Positions 56,401-64,000 of a stretch of 64,000 bases of DNA are shown piece after piece. The first letter of the stretch is position 1; every line of letters starts with the position of its first letter. Where the stretch lies: positions 1 to 64,000 of the IMG/VR virus record IMGVR_UViG_3300039106_000244. One strand, given 5' to 3'. This stretch comes from a virus. Both the position numbers and the translations under genes were made by a program. The notes under the pieces are model-generated. The model was not told where the DNA came from. It did not search any database and saw only the letters and a list, made by a program, of their open reading frames with translations.

Positions 56401-59400
56401 CTGTGAATCTATCAATAAACATTGTTTGGCGCGGTCTTACTCCGAGTCCAAATTTATCTGCTGTGCTCAATGCCGGATCGGGTACAGTTGCACCTAATAT
56501 ATCAATACCCGCTAAACTATCAATCAATTTATTAATAATTTTTGGAGATATTGCGCTATCTGCATTACCTTTTTGTATTAATTCATATTCACTATGTATA
56601 ATATTAGTATTTTTAATTGTATTATAATCAATATGTAATATAGTATTTTGTGATGATAGATAATCAACTATGTTGTATACAATAAGTGCATTATTTTGTA
56701 TAATTGCCGCGTATGGAACTCCTTGATTTTTAGGATTTTCAATTATATCTTGTACCGCAAGAATTGGTATATGTCTAAATTCATTATTTGGGTCAACTGT
56801 TGTTTTATTTTTAACCCAATAAAAATATTTAATACCAATAATATTAGTGATTGGATCAACGAAAATAAGTTCGACGTATGCAGAATCATCTTCGTATTTT
56901 GGTTGGCCTTCGCCGCCATTTGCAACATACATACTAGGTAGGTATGCACTTTCTACCCATTCAAGCACTTCGACAATTGAACCCGGAAATAATTTGCCCC
57001 AGTTGATACTACGATACGTTAAGGTATCTTGTTCGTAATCTATATAACTAAGTAAACTCAAATTCCACCATACTTGGCCAACTTGATTACTGTTCCAGAA
57101 TATATTATCGTTTAAATTAACTGCATTATTTGTTCCGCGGTTGTATACCGCCGGATCGTACCCAGTTTTATATGATATTTCTTGTTCTGCTAATCCAGAT
57201 ATCTTACCCTTTGCAGGGTCAATAAATTCCAGTGTTTTTAAAATAGTATTTGATAAATTACTATATAGATACAATCTGCTAATAGATTCAATGTCTACTG
57301 TAGGTTGTTGATAACGTAATAAACTCCACCCACGTTTGCCAGTTGGATTACTAAACACGTATATGCTTCCGCCATCTGTGATTGTTGTATCATCGCTTGG
57401 TGCACTCACTACAATGTGTCCGCCAATTACATCAATTGCAGCACCAAAGCCATCGCCGGTATTTAAGTCAGTCGGATCAAGTTGTTGACAAAATGCATAG
57501 CGGCCTGGATGTTCAACTGCATTACGTGGATCATCGTATAATTCATAAGTGTATACGCTTCCACTAGCATTAACACTATCAAAGAATGCTGTAGAAATAT
57601 TATCAAATGTTGTTGCTGTTCCATCATCAAATGTAGTATAATGATTTGTTGTTCCGCGATCACTACTAATCACCAACATATATGCATTACGGGCCAAGAT
57701 AACTTTAGTACCAAAATATTCATTGTTACTATGGTACGGGTTAACAATAATCTGCATGAATGCAAATATAGCCATGCCAGCGTCTTCGTACACGGTGCCA
57801 CTTGCTGATAGGATACGTAAACGATTTTTAGCTACAGTTTTATCACTATTCAATCTTAAATAACCTGCTTCATTAACTGCGGTGATACCTAATAGATTAG
57901 CGTCATTGATATCTTGTACTAAACTATCTAAACTTGTACCGGTTACAGTAATTTGGAAGTTATCTAACCGAATTGTATCGCCTGGAGTAAACGTTGGATT
58001 ATGTATATAACCTGTATTAGTACCGTAAAGTGTTCCTCTATTATGGAATTTCCAAACTGCACCGGTGTTGTAAATTGTACCTGCATTGTAATACGGAGCA
58101 CCGATATAGAATGCGCAATTGTTTGAACATATTGTTAACGCCGAACCAAATCGTGCCCCTGCTTGAATTGCACTTAAACTACCATCTAGCGTATCAATGC
58201 CAATTAATCTTTCTAATAGAGTAAATTTATTAGTTTCAATTTTTACAACTTTACCTACCCCAAGTGGCACAAATAAAGTTATTTCATTTGTTCCAGTTTT
58301 TGTATAATTAAATATTTCAATATCATCAACTGTTACTTTATGTACATCGGCTATTATTTCTTGCGTAGTATATACTGTACCATTTGTGCTATTAAATGCT
58401 TCGATTACACGATCATATACATATACTGCACCAGCCTGTGCAAGTGTCACTCCAGTTGACCCAATTACGCCATCTCCTGGTGCACCAACTCCGAGTTGTG
58501 CTCCGTTCAAACTTGCATCAATGCAATATCCAAACTCACTGCCTGCAGGTCCAGAAATAGTTTCAACTAATGTGTAATACGGACCTTGTGAAATTGTAAA
58601 TGTGCCATTTACATTACCCGATATAAATGTTATTGTTTGTCCACTTATAGTATAATCGATTCTTGGAATATATGTACGTGTTGCACTTGTTACTAATACC
58701 GAATTAGCATCAGTTGAGCTAACTATTGTATCACGAGTAAACGGTACTGTTATTGTAGATACGGAACCAGATGTAGTAACATTTCCGGTAGCTTCAGTTA
58801 CAAAGCGTTGTAAGCCATATACATAAACTTTTGGAGTTGCTTCATATGGTGCACTAACGTATAACCAGTGTCCTAACTCATCAAATGCGAATCCTGTACC
58901 AAATTTGCCACCGGTTGCACTTACATTACCGGCAATAACCTGTCCACGAACCCAATTTTCAGTGCTAGCAGTTTCTTTATATATGTACATTAATCCGACA
59001 TTAGCAGCACCGCCTAACCCAGAACTTGTTGGTGCGCTAATTGCTAGTGTTTCTCTTGTGTCGACTCCATCATTGATAAACGAATCAACTGCGGTATCAA
59101 TATGTGAACCAAATGTAAATGTGTTTGCACCATCTGGTATTATCGAAGTTGTTTCAACATATACATTAGATGCATTTTTTTCAAATATATTTACTGCACC
59201 TGTATTAGTTGAGACAGATAAATTTGCGTATAATGTAGTACCAGTAAAAATAGTTTGTTCAGCGTTATCAATCATTTTTAATGATCGGCCAAAACCTATG
59301 TTTGCAGAGTATTCGCTAGTATTTTTTACAAGGCGTTGGCCCATAGACCACGGATGTGTTTTTTCATACACTTTCCATGTACCACTTGGCTGTGTACCAA

Positions 59401-62400
59401 ATGGTTGCCCTTGTACTGCATTAGTTTCTGCATCATCATCAATCCAAATCTTTTCACCTATGTGCCAGCCGTGCGGTGGTACATATAGACGTGCAGTTTC
59501 CATGTAATCAAATCGTAAACTGTGTAAGTTAAATAACATACCATTACCATCAATAGTAGTTAATTGTGCTGTATCTCCAGAATATTTAACTAATATATTT
59601 GTAAGATCGAGTACTTCCTCAACTTGATAGAAGCCATCAAATGCTGTATTAAAATTGCGAGTCATGAACACATCGCCTACAAGTAATCCGTGTAGTTTAT
59701 TTGTAGTAAATGTTATATAACCATCAAGTGAATTAGATACTAAAATAATATTATTGTCAGTTTCTGTTATTCTATAAACATTCCAATTTTGAGTGAAATC
59801 TTTGGCGCACCAAATAGTATAACCGGTGCCCATTGCATTTAATCTATCATCTAAATTTACAAAATTAGCAAGATCAAATATAGTAGTCGATACATCATTT
59901 ATATTTACATAACCAGCAGTTAAAATATCATTACTATAATCACTATGTGCATCTCTGTTTAATGCAATCGTGCCATTATACTGTTCAGTTGATTTATATA
60001 ATTGTGACTTATTAAATATAGTCACACCATTTCCACTAGTATCGGTTACAAATGAAGCTGTTGCAGGATTAACACTAAATGCTTTTTCATCTAATGCAAG
60101 TTCTACATATGGATTTATATTTAATGCACCATACTCACCTGTCCGTATTGCCCACTCTTCGTAAAAATTAATTGAGTTACCGGTATTATTAAATTCTGCA
60201 TTAATTAATTGATTAACTGCATTAGCAGAACCTTTTTGTTTAATGAATCCTTTATATAATTCAATCTGAGTAGTATCACTTAATCCAAGGTCTGCTAAGT
60301 ATTGACGTGGTTTAAATCCAATTAAACCATGACTATATCTGATTTGATCCGAATCATTAAAGGTTGTGTGCGAATTATAATATAATTGAGATTTAGCCGC
60401 AATAGTAGCAAAATTTGGCATTAATCCTTTTTTAATCTCACTTGCTGCAATTTGTTTCCAGTATGCAAACGCAAACTCAATAGTTGCTGATATGTTTTGT
60501 AATGCAACATAAAATTGATTTTTATATTGTACTAAATCACCTTTTAAATAATCCTTGCCACCTTGCCACACATCTATAGCACCAGAATTATACATAAAGC
60601 CCGGTGCATTTAAGCTGCCATCCCAGTCTGCAGTTTTTTGTCCAATTAATTTTAATCTAAATTGTCTATTGCCAAGTTCGGGTTTATATATTACATCGTT
60701 GAATACAGTAGTATTATCAAATATCAACACATGTTCATATTGTACTAGATTTAATTCAATGTATCCTATAACCGCATCATTTGTTAATGTTATTTTAAAT
60801 GAAGTAGGACTACGTAATACATTATAATTTGTAGTTTTAACTAAAGTAAAATTCTGATCTAACACTCTCGAACCATGTTGATTATCTGTAATTGCATCTG
60901 TAATTGCACCTACTGTAACTACATTCAATACATTAGCAACCGGTGATAATACCAAGATGCTGCCTGCAGCCCAACCTTGTTGTGCCCAAAATATGAATTC
61001 TTTAATTGACAATTTCCAGTTACGTGTTTCGCCTAGTTGTTCATCAGTGTCGTTAAATGTAAACCCTTGTGCCATTAAATGTCGTTCGTAACTAATTAAG
61101 AAATCGGCTATTTGTTGTTGACTATTAAACTCGTATCCATATGGAACTGTTAATTTTAAGTTCTGATAATCTTTAAACACAGTTACAGAATTATTTAATA
61201 CATTAATTTTATATGCATTTGAGTTAATTACACTTGGAATAATAGTAAAGTACGGGTTAGATAAATTATATCCACGTACACTATATCCATTTGTAGTTTT
61301 TTCAATGATCACGCCACTGTATGCTATTTTTTCCACAGGAGTTGATTTATATAAATGTACATTATAATTTTCGTTTGGAATAATAATACTATCATTTGTA
61401 CTTGTTGGGGAACTTTGTTCTGCCAATACCTGTAGATATTTTTGATCACTAAATCCTGCCATTTTATATGCAAGATTAATTTCGTAATTTTTTAGTAATG
61501 GAGTAATAATAGTAGATGGATCAATGCCTTGATTTACTAAGAAATCTGCAATCCAGTTTATATAACCTGCTGTTCTTACTACTGTGCCAGATGATGTATC
61601 ACCATTAAATGTTAATGATGTTTGTTTAATATGATCATTGGTATCAGTTAGATATTGTCCTATATTCTTATTCATTGAATAGCGTGAAACATCTATCAAT
61701 AAGCCAAAGTATCTAGCAGGCTTTGCCAATGCAAGTGCTTGTTGCATAGCAAATGGGAAATCACTGCTATTACGCCATGCTGTTTCAACTGGACCTTCGT
61801 GTCCTACTGCCCATGATGTTGCGGCTCTAATAGAATTAAATGATGCTGTCATAATCGATGCTGGATTCTTTAAGAATCCGTGATCGTCAACTGGGATAGC
61901 AGTTGACAGCCCGGGACGAATAAAGTTAGGTGCTATACCAGCATTTTCGCCTCTTCTGATTAATCCTGCTTCTAAATCATCCCATAATAATTTATTACCG
62001 CCGGTGTATGGTGCAGGACCGTACTCTTCTTCCCACCAAGCTGGTTTTATCGCAAACCCTAACATTTCCCATGGTGTCTGATGTGGGCGAATTGTATCAT
62101 AATAATATTGATAACATGCTCGCCAACTACCCGGCAATGCTTCTCCACTAATTCTATCAACAAAGCGACTATAGTTCCATGTAAATGGATCATTACTTTC
62201 AAAAGTATCATTTACTGTGAAATCAATTTTGTTATTACCTATCCAATTTAAAAAACTCTTAGATAATAATTGATTAACTTCTGTTAATGAATAATCATCA
62301 TTTCTAAATTTTCCAGATTTAACAGAATAAATGTCTTGGTAGCTACCATTATCAAGTAATTTAATATTATTGTATATACGTTTTTCTAATTCTAATACAA

Positions 62401-64000
62401 AATCATCTCTGTAATCACCAAATGCCGGTGTGATACTACCATCGTGACCGCGTATAACATTAATAGTAGTGCGATAAGTATCATCTAAAAAGATTTCTGG
62501 TAGAAATTTAGGATATAGACCTAATTTAGTAGGTGTCTCCGGAACATAACATCCATTGGTATCGGCATATTCTACTATTTTAATAATATCATCAACTTCT
62601 AATGTAACAGTGTTAGCAATTGTTATTGCCGGGCGGTCTGTATCAAAGGTGTAATCTCTACCTAGCATTAATTGTATATCATTTAAATATACAAGTATCG
62701 CCTTGTTACTTAATGCATACGCATCAAATACTGTAGTAATTTCATACGAACGTACCAATGGGTCAAATACAGTATACCCAGTACCATTAACAATATTTTT
62801 TAATGTACCATAGGGTATCATATCACTATAAAACCAAGGGAATGTTTTATTTTTAATCTTGTTAATTTCTGTTAATATTAAATCTACACTTGAAGCAGGA
62901 TCAGTTGGCTGTATGCCAGATAACGTTGCACTTAGTTCTAAGAATTTATTTTTAAATCGTGCATATTCTTGTTGTGCATATCGTGTTGCATCAATGAAAT
63001 TTGTAGTATCGTTTAACAAGAATAATATCGCATTAGATACTGGGGCACTATGTTGTAATATATTACCACCCTGTGATTTAATCTCAATATCTCTGAGATT
63101 GCTACTTCCGAATATATCTCCTACTAATTCAGTACTACGTTGACTTAATTCAACTAAATGATTTCTAAGTTGACCAAGGGTCAACGATGTAAGATTAATA
63201 TTTTGTGCATTTAAATCTAAATTTTGAGGAACTTGATATTGTCCTATTTTACTTATTTCATCACTAAAAACTAAAATATCAATCTTATCGCCAATTACAG
63301 GAGCAACAGATAATGTTATTGCATTGTTTATAATCGACCAATTTGATTGTTGTACAAATATGTTATTTTTATAAACCCTAATATGCGGAACTATATCTGA
63401 TGGTAATACCGTAACATCAATTTTAAATGGACTATTAGTTCCATCATAGTTATAGGTAATAAGTTGTTCCTGATGCAATGGTTCATTTACTGTTGCCCAG
63501 TTATTTTTTGGAATAACTGTATTTCTATCTACTATTTGTTGTAAAAAACCAGTGGTAATATGTTTGTTATATTGAGTTTGCTCAACAATATAACTAAACA
63601 TATCTGTATCAAAATAATTAGTAAATTCAATATTACCTTGAGTTTGAAATGTTGTATATTTTAATGGAAATGCCAATACTGTATCAATTAACGTACTTGT
63701 GCTAGTTCTATTATATCCAAATAATTTTGTACCCAAGAATGTACTAGATGAATATAGTGATAAACTTGTTCCATTTGCGTCGTATACATCAAATAACGGA
63801 TCTTGTTGTAAACCGGTTTTCTGTTGGCTTTCAATCCATATATCACCATTATACCACCACTGAGTTCCTTTATGAATTCCTGAGGTTACTACTACAGTAT
63901 CGTATATTTCGTTAGTGGCATCGTTAGCCGGATTTAAATTTATGTATATAGGACCGGTTAATAATCCATTGGTATCAATTTGAATTTGTACCAAATTAAT
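53447..64000 (-). CDS. Giant virion protein (>3515 aa, 5' end outside the window), baseplate-wedge-like with FG-GAP-type propeller repeats
   Basis: The frame stays open to the window edge. Contains FG...(V/I)(S/G)AP...G.VY repeats, VKPYSTKIRE, GSGY..P.V.I repeats, W...Y..GD.V modules and a Ser/Thr/Asn-rich C-terminus. Confidence 0.8.
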   Translation of the reverse strand: MNLVQIQIDTNGLLTGPIYINLNPANDATNEIYDTVVVTSGIHKGTQWWYNGDIWIESQQKTGLQQDPLFDVYDANGTSLSLYSSSTFLGTKLFGYNRTSTSTLIDTVLAFPLKYTTFQTQGNIEFTNYFDTDMFSYIVEQTQYNKHITTGFLQQIVDRNTVIPKNNWATVNEPLHQEQLITYNYDGTNSPFKIDVTVLPSDIVPHIRVYKNNIFVQQSNWSIINNAITLSVAPVIGDKIDILVFSDEISKIGQYQVPQNLDLNAQNINLTSLTLGQLRNHLVELSQRSTELVGDIFGSSNLRDIEIKSQGGNILQHSAPVSNAILFLLNDTTNFIDATRYAQQEYARFKNKFLELSATLSGIQPTDPASSVDLILTEINKIKNKTFPWFYSDMIPYGTLKNIVNGTGYTVFDPLVRSYEITTVFDAYALSNKAILVYLNDIQLMLGRDYTFDTDRPAITIANTVTLEVDDIIKIVEYADTNGCYVPETPTKLGLYPKFLPEIFLDDTYRTTINVIRGHDGSITPAFGDYRDDFVLELEKRIYNNIKLLDNGSYQDIYSVKSGKFRNDDYSLTEVNQLLSKSFLNWIGNNKIDFTVNDTFESNDPFTWNYSRFVDRISGEALPGSWRACYQYYYDTIRPHQTPWEMLGFAIKPAWWEEEYGPAPYTGGNKLLWDDLEAGLIRRGENAGIAPNFIRPGLSTAIPVDDHGFLKNPASIMTASFNSIRAATSWAVGHEGPVETAWRNSSDFPFAMQQALALAKPARYFGLLIDVSRYSMNKNIGQYLTDTNDHIKQTSLTFNGDTSSGTVVRTAGYINWIADFLVNQGIDPSTIITPLLKNYEINLAYKMAGFSDQKYLQVLAEQSSPTSTNDSIIIPNENYNVHLYKSTPVEKIAYSGVIIEKTTNGYSVRGYNLSNPYFTIIPSVINSNAYKINVLNNSVTVFKDYQNLKLTVPYGYEFNSQQQIADFLISYERHLMAQGFTFNDTDEQLGETRNWKLSIKEFIFWAQQGWAAGSILVLSPVANVLNVVTVGAITDAITDNQHGSRVLDQNFTLVKTTNYNVLRSPTSFKITLTNDAVIGYIELNLVQYEHVLIFDNTTVFNDVIYKPELGNRQFRLKLIGQKTADWDGSLNAPGFMYNSGAIDVWQGGKDYLKGDLVQYKNQFYVALQNISATIEFAFAYWKQIAASEIKKGLMPNFATIAAKSQLYYNSHTTFNDSDQIRYSHGLIGFKPRQYLADLGLSDTTQIELYKGFIKQKGSANAVNQLINAEFNNTGNSINFYEEWAIRTGEYGALNINPYVELALDEKAFSVNPATASFVTDTSGNGVTIFNKSQLYKSTEQYNGTIALNRDAHSDYSNDILTAGYVNINDVSTTIFDLANFVNLDDRLNAMGTGYTIWCAKDFTQNWNVYRITETDNNIILVSNSLDGYITFTTNKLHGLLVGDVFMTRNFNTAFDGFYQVEEVLDLTNILVKYSGDTAQLTTIDGNGMLFNLHSLRFDYMETARLYVPPHGWHIGEKIWIDDDAETNAVQGQPFGTQPSGTWKVYEKTHPWSMGQRLVKNTSEYSANIGFGRSLKMIDNAEQTIFTGTTLYANLSVSTNTGAVNIFEKNASNVYVETTSIIPDGANTFTFGSHIDTAVDSFINDGVDTRETLAISAPTSSGLGGAANVGLMYIYKETASTENWVRGQVIAGNVSATGGKFGTGFAFDELGHWLYVSAPYEATPKVYVYGLQRFVTEATGNVTTSGSVSTITVPFTRDTIVSSTDANSVLVTSATRTYIPRIDYTISGQTITFISGNVNGTFTISQGPYYTLVETISGPAGSEFGYCIDASLNGAQLGVGAPGDGVIGSTGVTLAQAGAVYVYDRVIEAFNSTNGTVYTTQEIIADVHKVTVDDIEIFNYTKTGTNEITLFVPLGVGKVVKIETNKFTLLERLIGIDTLDGSLSAIQAGARFGSALTICSNNCAFYIGAPYYNAGTIYNTGAVWKFHNRGTLYGTNTGYIHNPTFTPGDTIRLDNFQITVTGTSLDSLVQDINDANLLGITAVNEAGYLRLNSDKTVAKNRLRILSASGTVYEDAGMAIFAFMQIIVNPYHSNNEYFGTKVILARNAYMLVISSDRGTTNHYTTFDDGTATTFDNISTAFFDSVNASGSVYTYELYDDPRNAVEHPGRYAFCQQLDPTDLNTGDGFGAAIDVIGGHIVVSAPSDDTTITDGGSIYVFSNPTGKRGWSLLRYQQPTVDIESISRLYLYSNLSNTILKTLEFIDPAKGKISGLAEQEISYKTGYDPAVYNRGTNNAVNLNDNIFWNSNQVGQVWWNLSLLSYIDYEQDTLTYRSINWGKLFPGSIVEVLEWVESAYLPSMYVANGGEGQPKYEDDSAYVELIFVDPITNIIGIKYFYWVKNKTTVDPNNEFRHIPILAVQDIIENPKNQGVPYAAIIQNNALIVYNIVDYLSSQNTILHIDYNTIKNTNIIHSEYELIQKGNADSAISPKIINKLIDSLAGIDILGATVPDPALSTADKFGLGVRPRQTMFIDRFTAWSNLIDYANSVLITTPIARNCDLTNLTASEPQPNIKLGEYDLKIATELELELIDITTLDPGYKILVEQDTTRNNLWVVYELSINNTWEVVKIQSYKTDLYWDYVDWYAPGYGVETQLEYVVDTLTDALKLPVKVGDDVLVRVSRGGDHGWNLLVLNSQNHFDVVGIQNGTVQLKTSNGTLINNTTPTIEVRYIITALRDDIFVGELDSEFNKLFFVVVNYIFNEQKYVDWIFKTSFISVAHTLRTLAQTPNYIKDNQTYYQDYISEVKPYSTKIREYSINYNSTDEYAGNISDFDVPAYYDTDTQIFRSPSGENIIKDEALWQTDTYSQWYANRNYKVESIVVEYSGSGYTAEPIVTIVDGGLAASGATARAIIDFDLGTVIRIDIIAGGSGYYVTPTVLINGSCTTPARAYAMLANNQVRSINTTLKFDRVNYTSSVQEWSANTAYTIGDIVTHTGSLETATRNAYIVTANIVSGSTFIHTTDYTIYNASDFTTANDRITGYYEPGASMPARDLTQLLRGIGYPGVKVQGAGFDQAPGFSGPTPFDEGVFDNIQYDADGLPMLDDYTIDSIIRSDYTDLALGTRAEDINVAGGAYVDTYSSHAPEELVPGIVFDTLDMQVYTKINGNVDVIGYRMFSNMMREESYLRIASAHSTTLASNLAITDTTIVVADASKLTAPFIDTVGLGQIAIPGVIFINGERITYYTRNLLTNTLGQIRRGTQGTGTPALYTAGTLITDGSIDQLVPNVVSNISLSTITPYTVTTTRSYYLSLTGNVSANVGDVITQSVSGASMTVAGIDSVARVLLVIRNNTNSLTYQNNDVALSGNVTVTAGDYITQSSTGANLTVLTSGANVSNISLSYYGITTLTTGKAGGNIAINGSNVAIYPTTITSNVSLSSAIIINGTSTGNVYPLSIVPVGRNDAGNPFVDSNGNVTIAANISLHTTNVWYNLGSGVATDGTGFNGATTAPVTFLKASTATLIAP

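Noticed and set aside
1-64000. Alternative genetic code (stop-codon reassignment) as in some large phages
   Set aside because: Long intact ORFs tile the window in code 11, and TAA, TAG and TGA all occur as stops at sensible gene junctions.
1-64000. Bacterial chromosomal O-antigen/capsule locus or prophage
   Set aside because: No wzx, wzy or ABC transporter, housekeeping genes or integrase are visible; the tail/baseplate genes, T4-like late motifs and many small ORFs indicate a large lytic-type phage.
1-64000. tRNA or rRNA genes
   Set aside because: Intergenic gaps are short and are accounted for by promoters or terminators. I recognised no cloverleaf by eye; tRNAscan-SE would be decisive.

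Overview
This window is an AT-rich, gene-dense segment of a large (jumbo-type) tailed dsDNA phage genome read in the standard code. I saw no tRNA, rRNA, CRISPR array or integrase. It has three zones. (1) About 2-17 kb, mostly + strand: early/accessory genes behind near-perfect sigma70 promoters (HD/(p)ppGpp-hydrolase-like protein, MoxR-type AAA+ ATPase with its DUF2201/VWA partner, HIT protein, many small ORFs, DHFR, ThyA). (2) About 16.5-48.8 kb: a very large sugar-modification locus. It encodes 2 NDP-sugar SDRs, 2 DegT aminotransferases, a Gfo/Idh/MocA dehydrogenase, a PIG-L deacetylase, a carbamoyltransferase, an APS-kinase-like protein, 3 sulfotransferase-like proteins, 4 SGNH proteins, several glycosyltransferase-like proteins and 5 radical SAM genes. 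Two more radical SAM genes (one B12-dependent) lie outside it. (3) 48.9-64 kb, - strand: virion tail/baseplate genes, including a >3500-aa protein that runs off the window. The two strongest leads are (a) this apparent phage-encoded pathway for an amino-sugar, carbamoylated, methylated and possibly sulfated glycan, next to sequon-rich tail proteins, and (b) two free-standing GIY-YIG endonuclease genes 31 kb apart that share a structured 5' leader with four compensatory base-pair changes. All protein assignments come from motif recognition by eye, not database searches.
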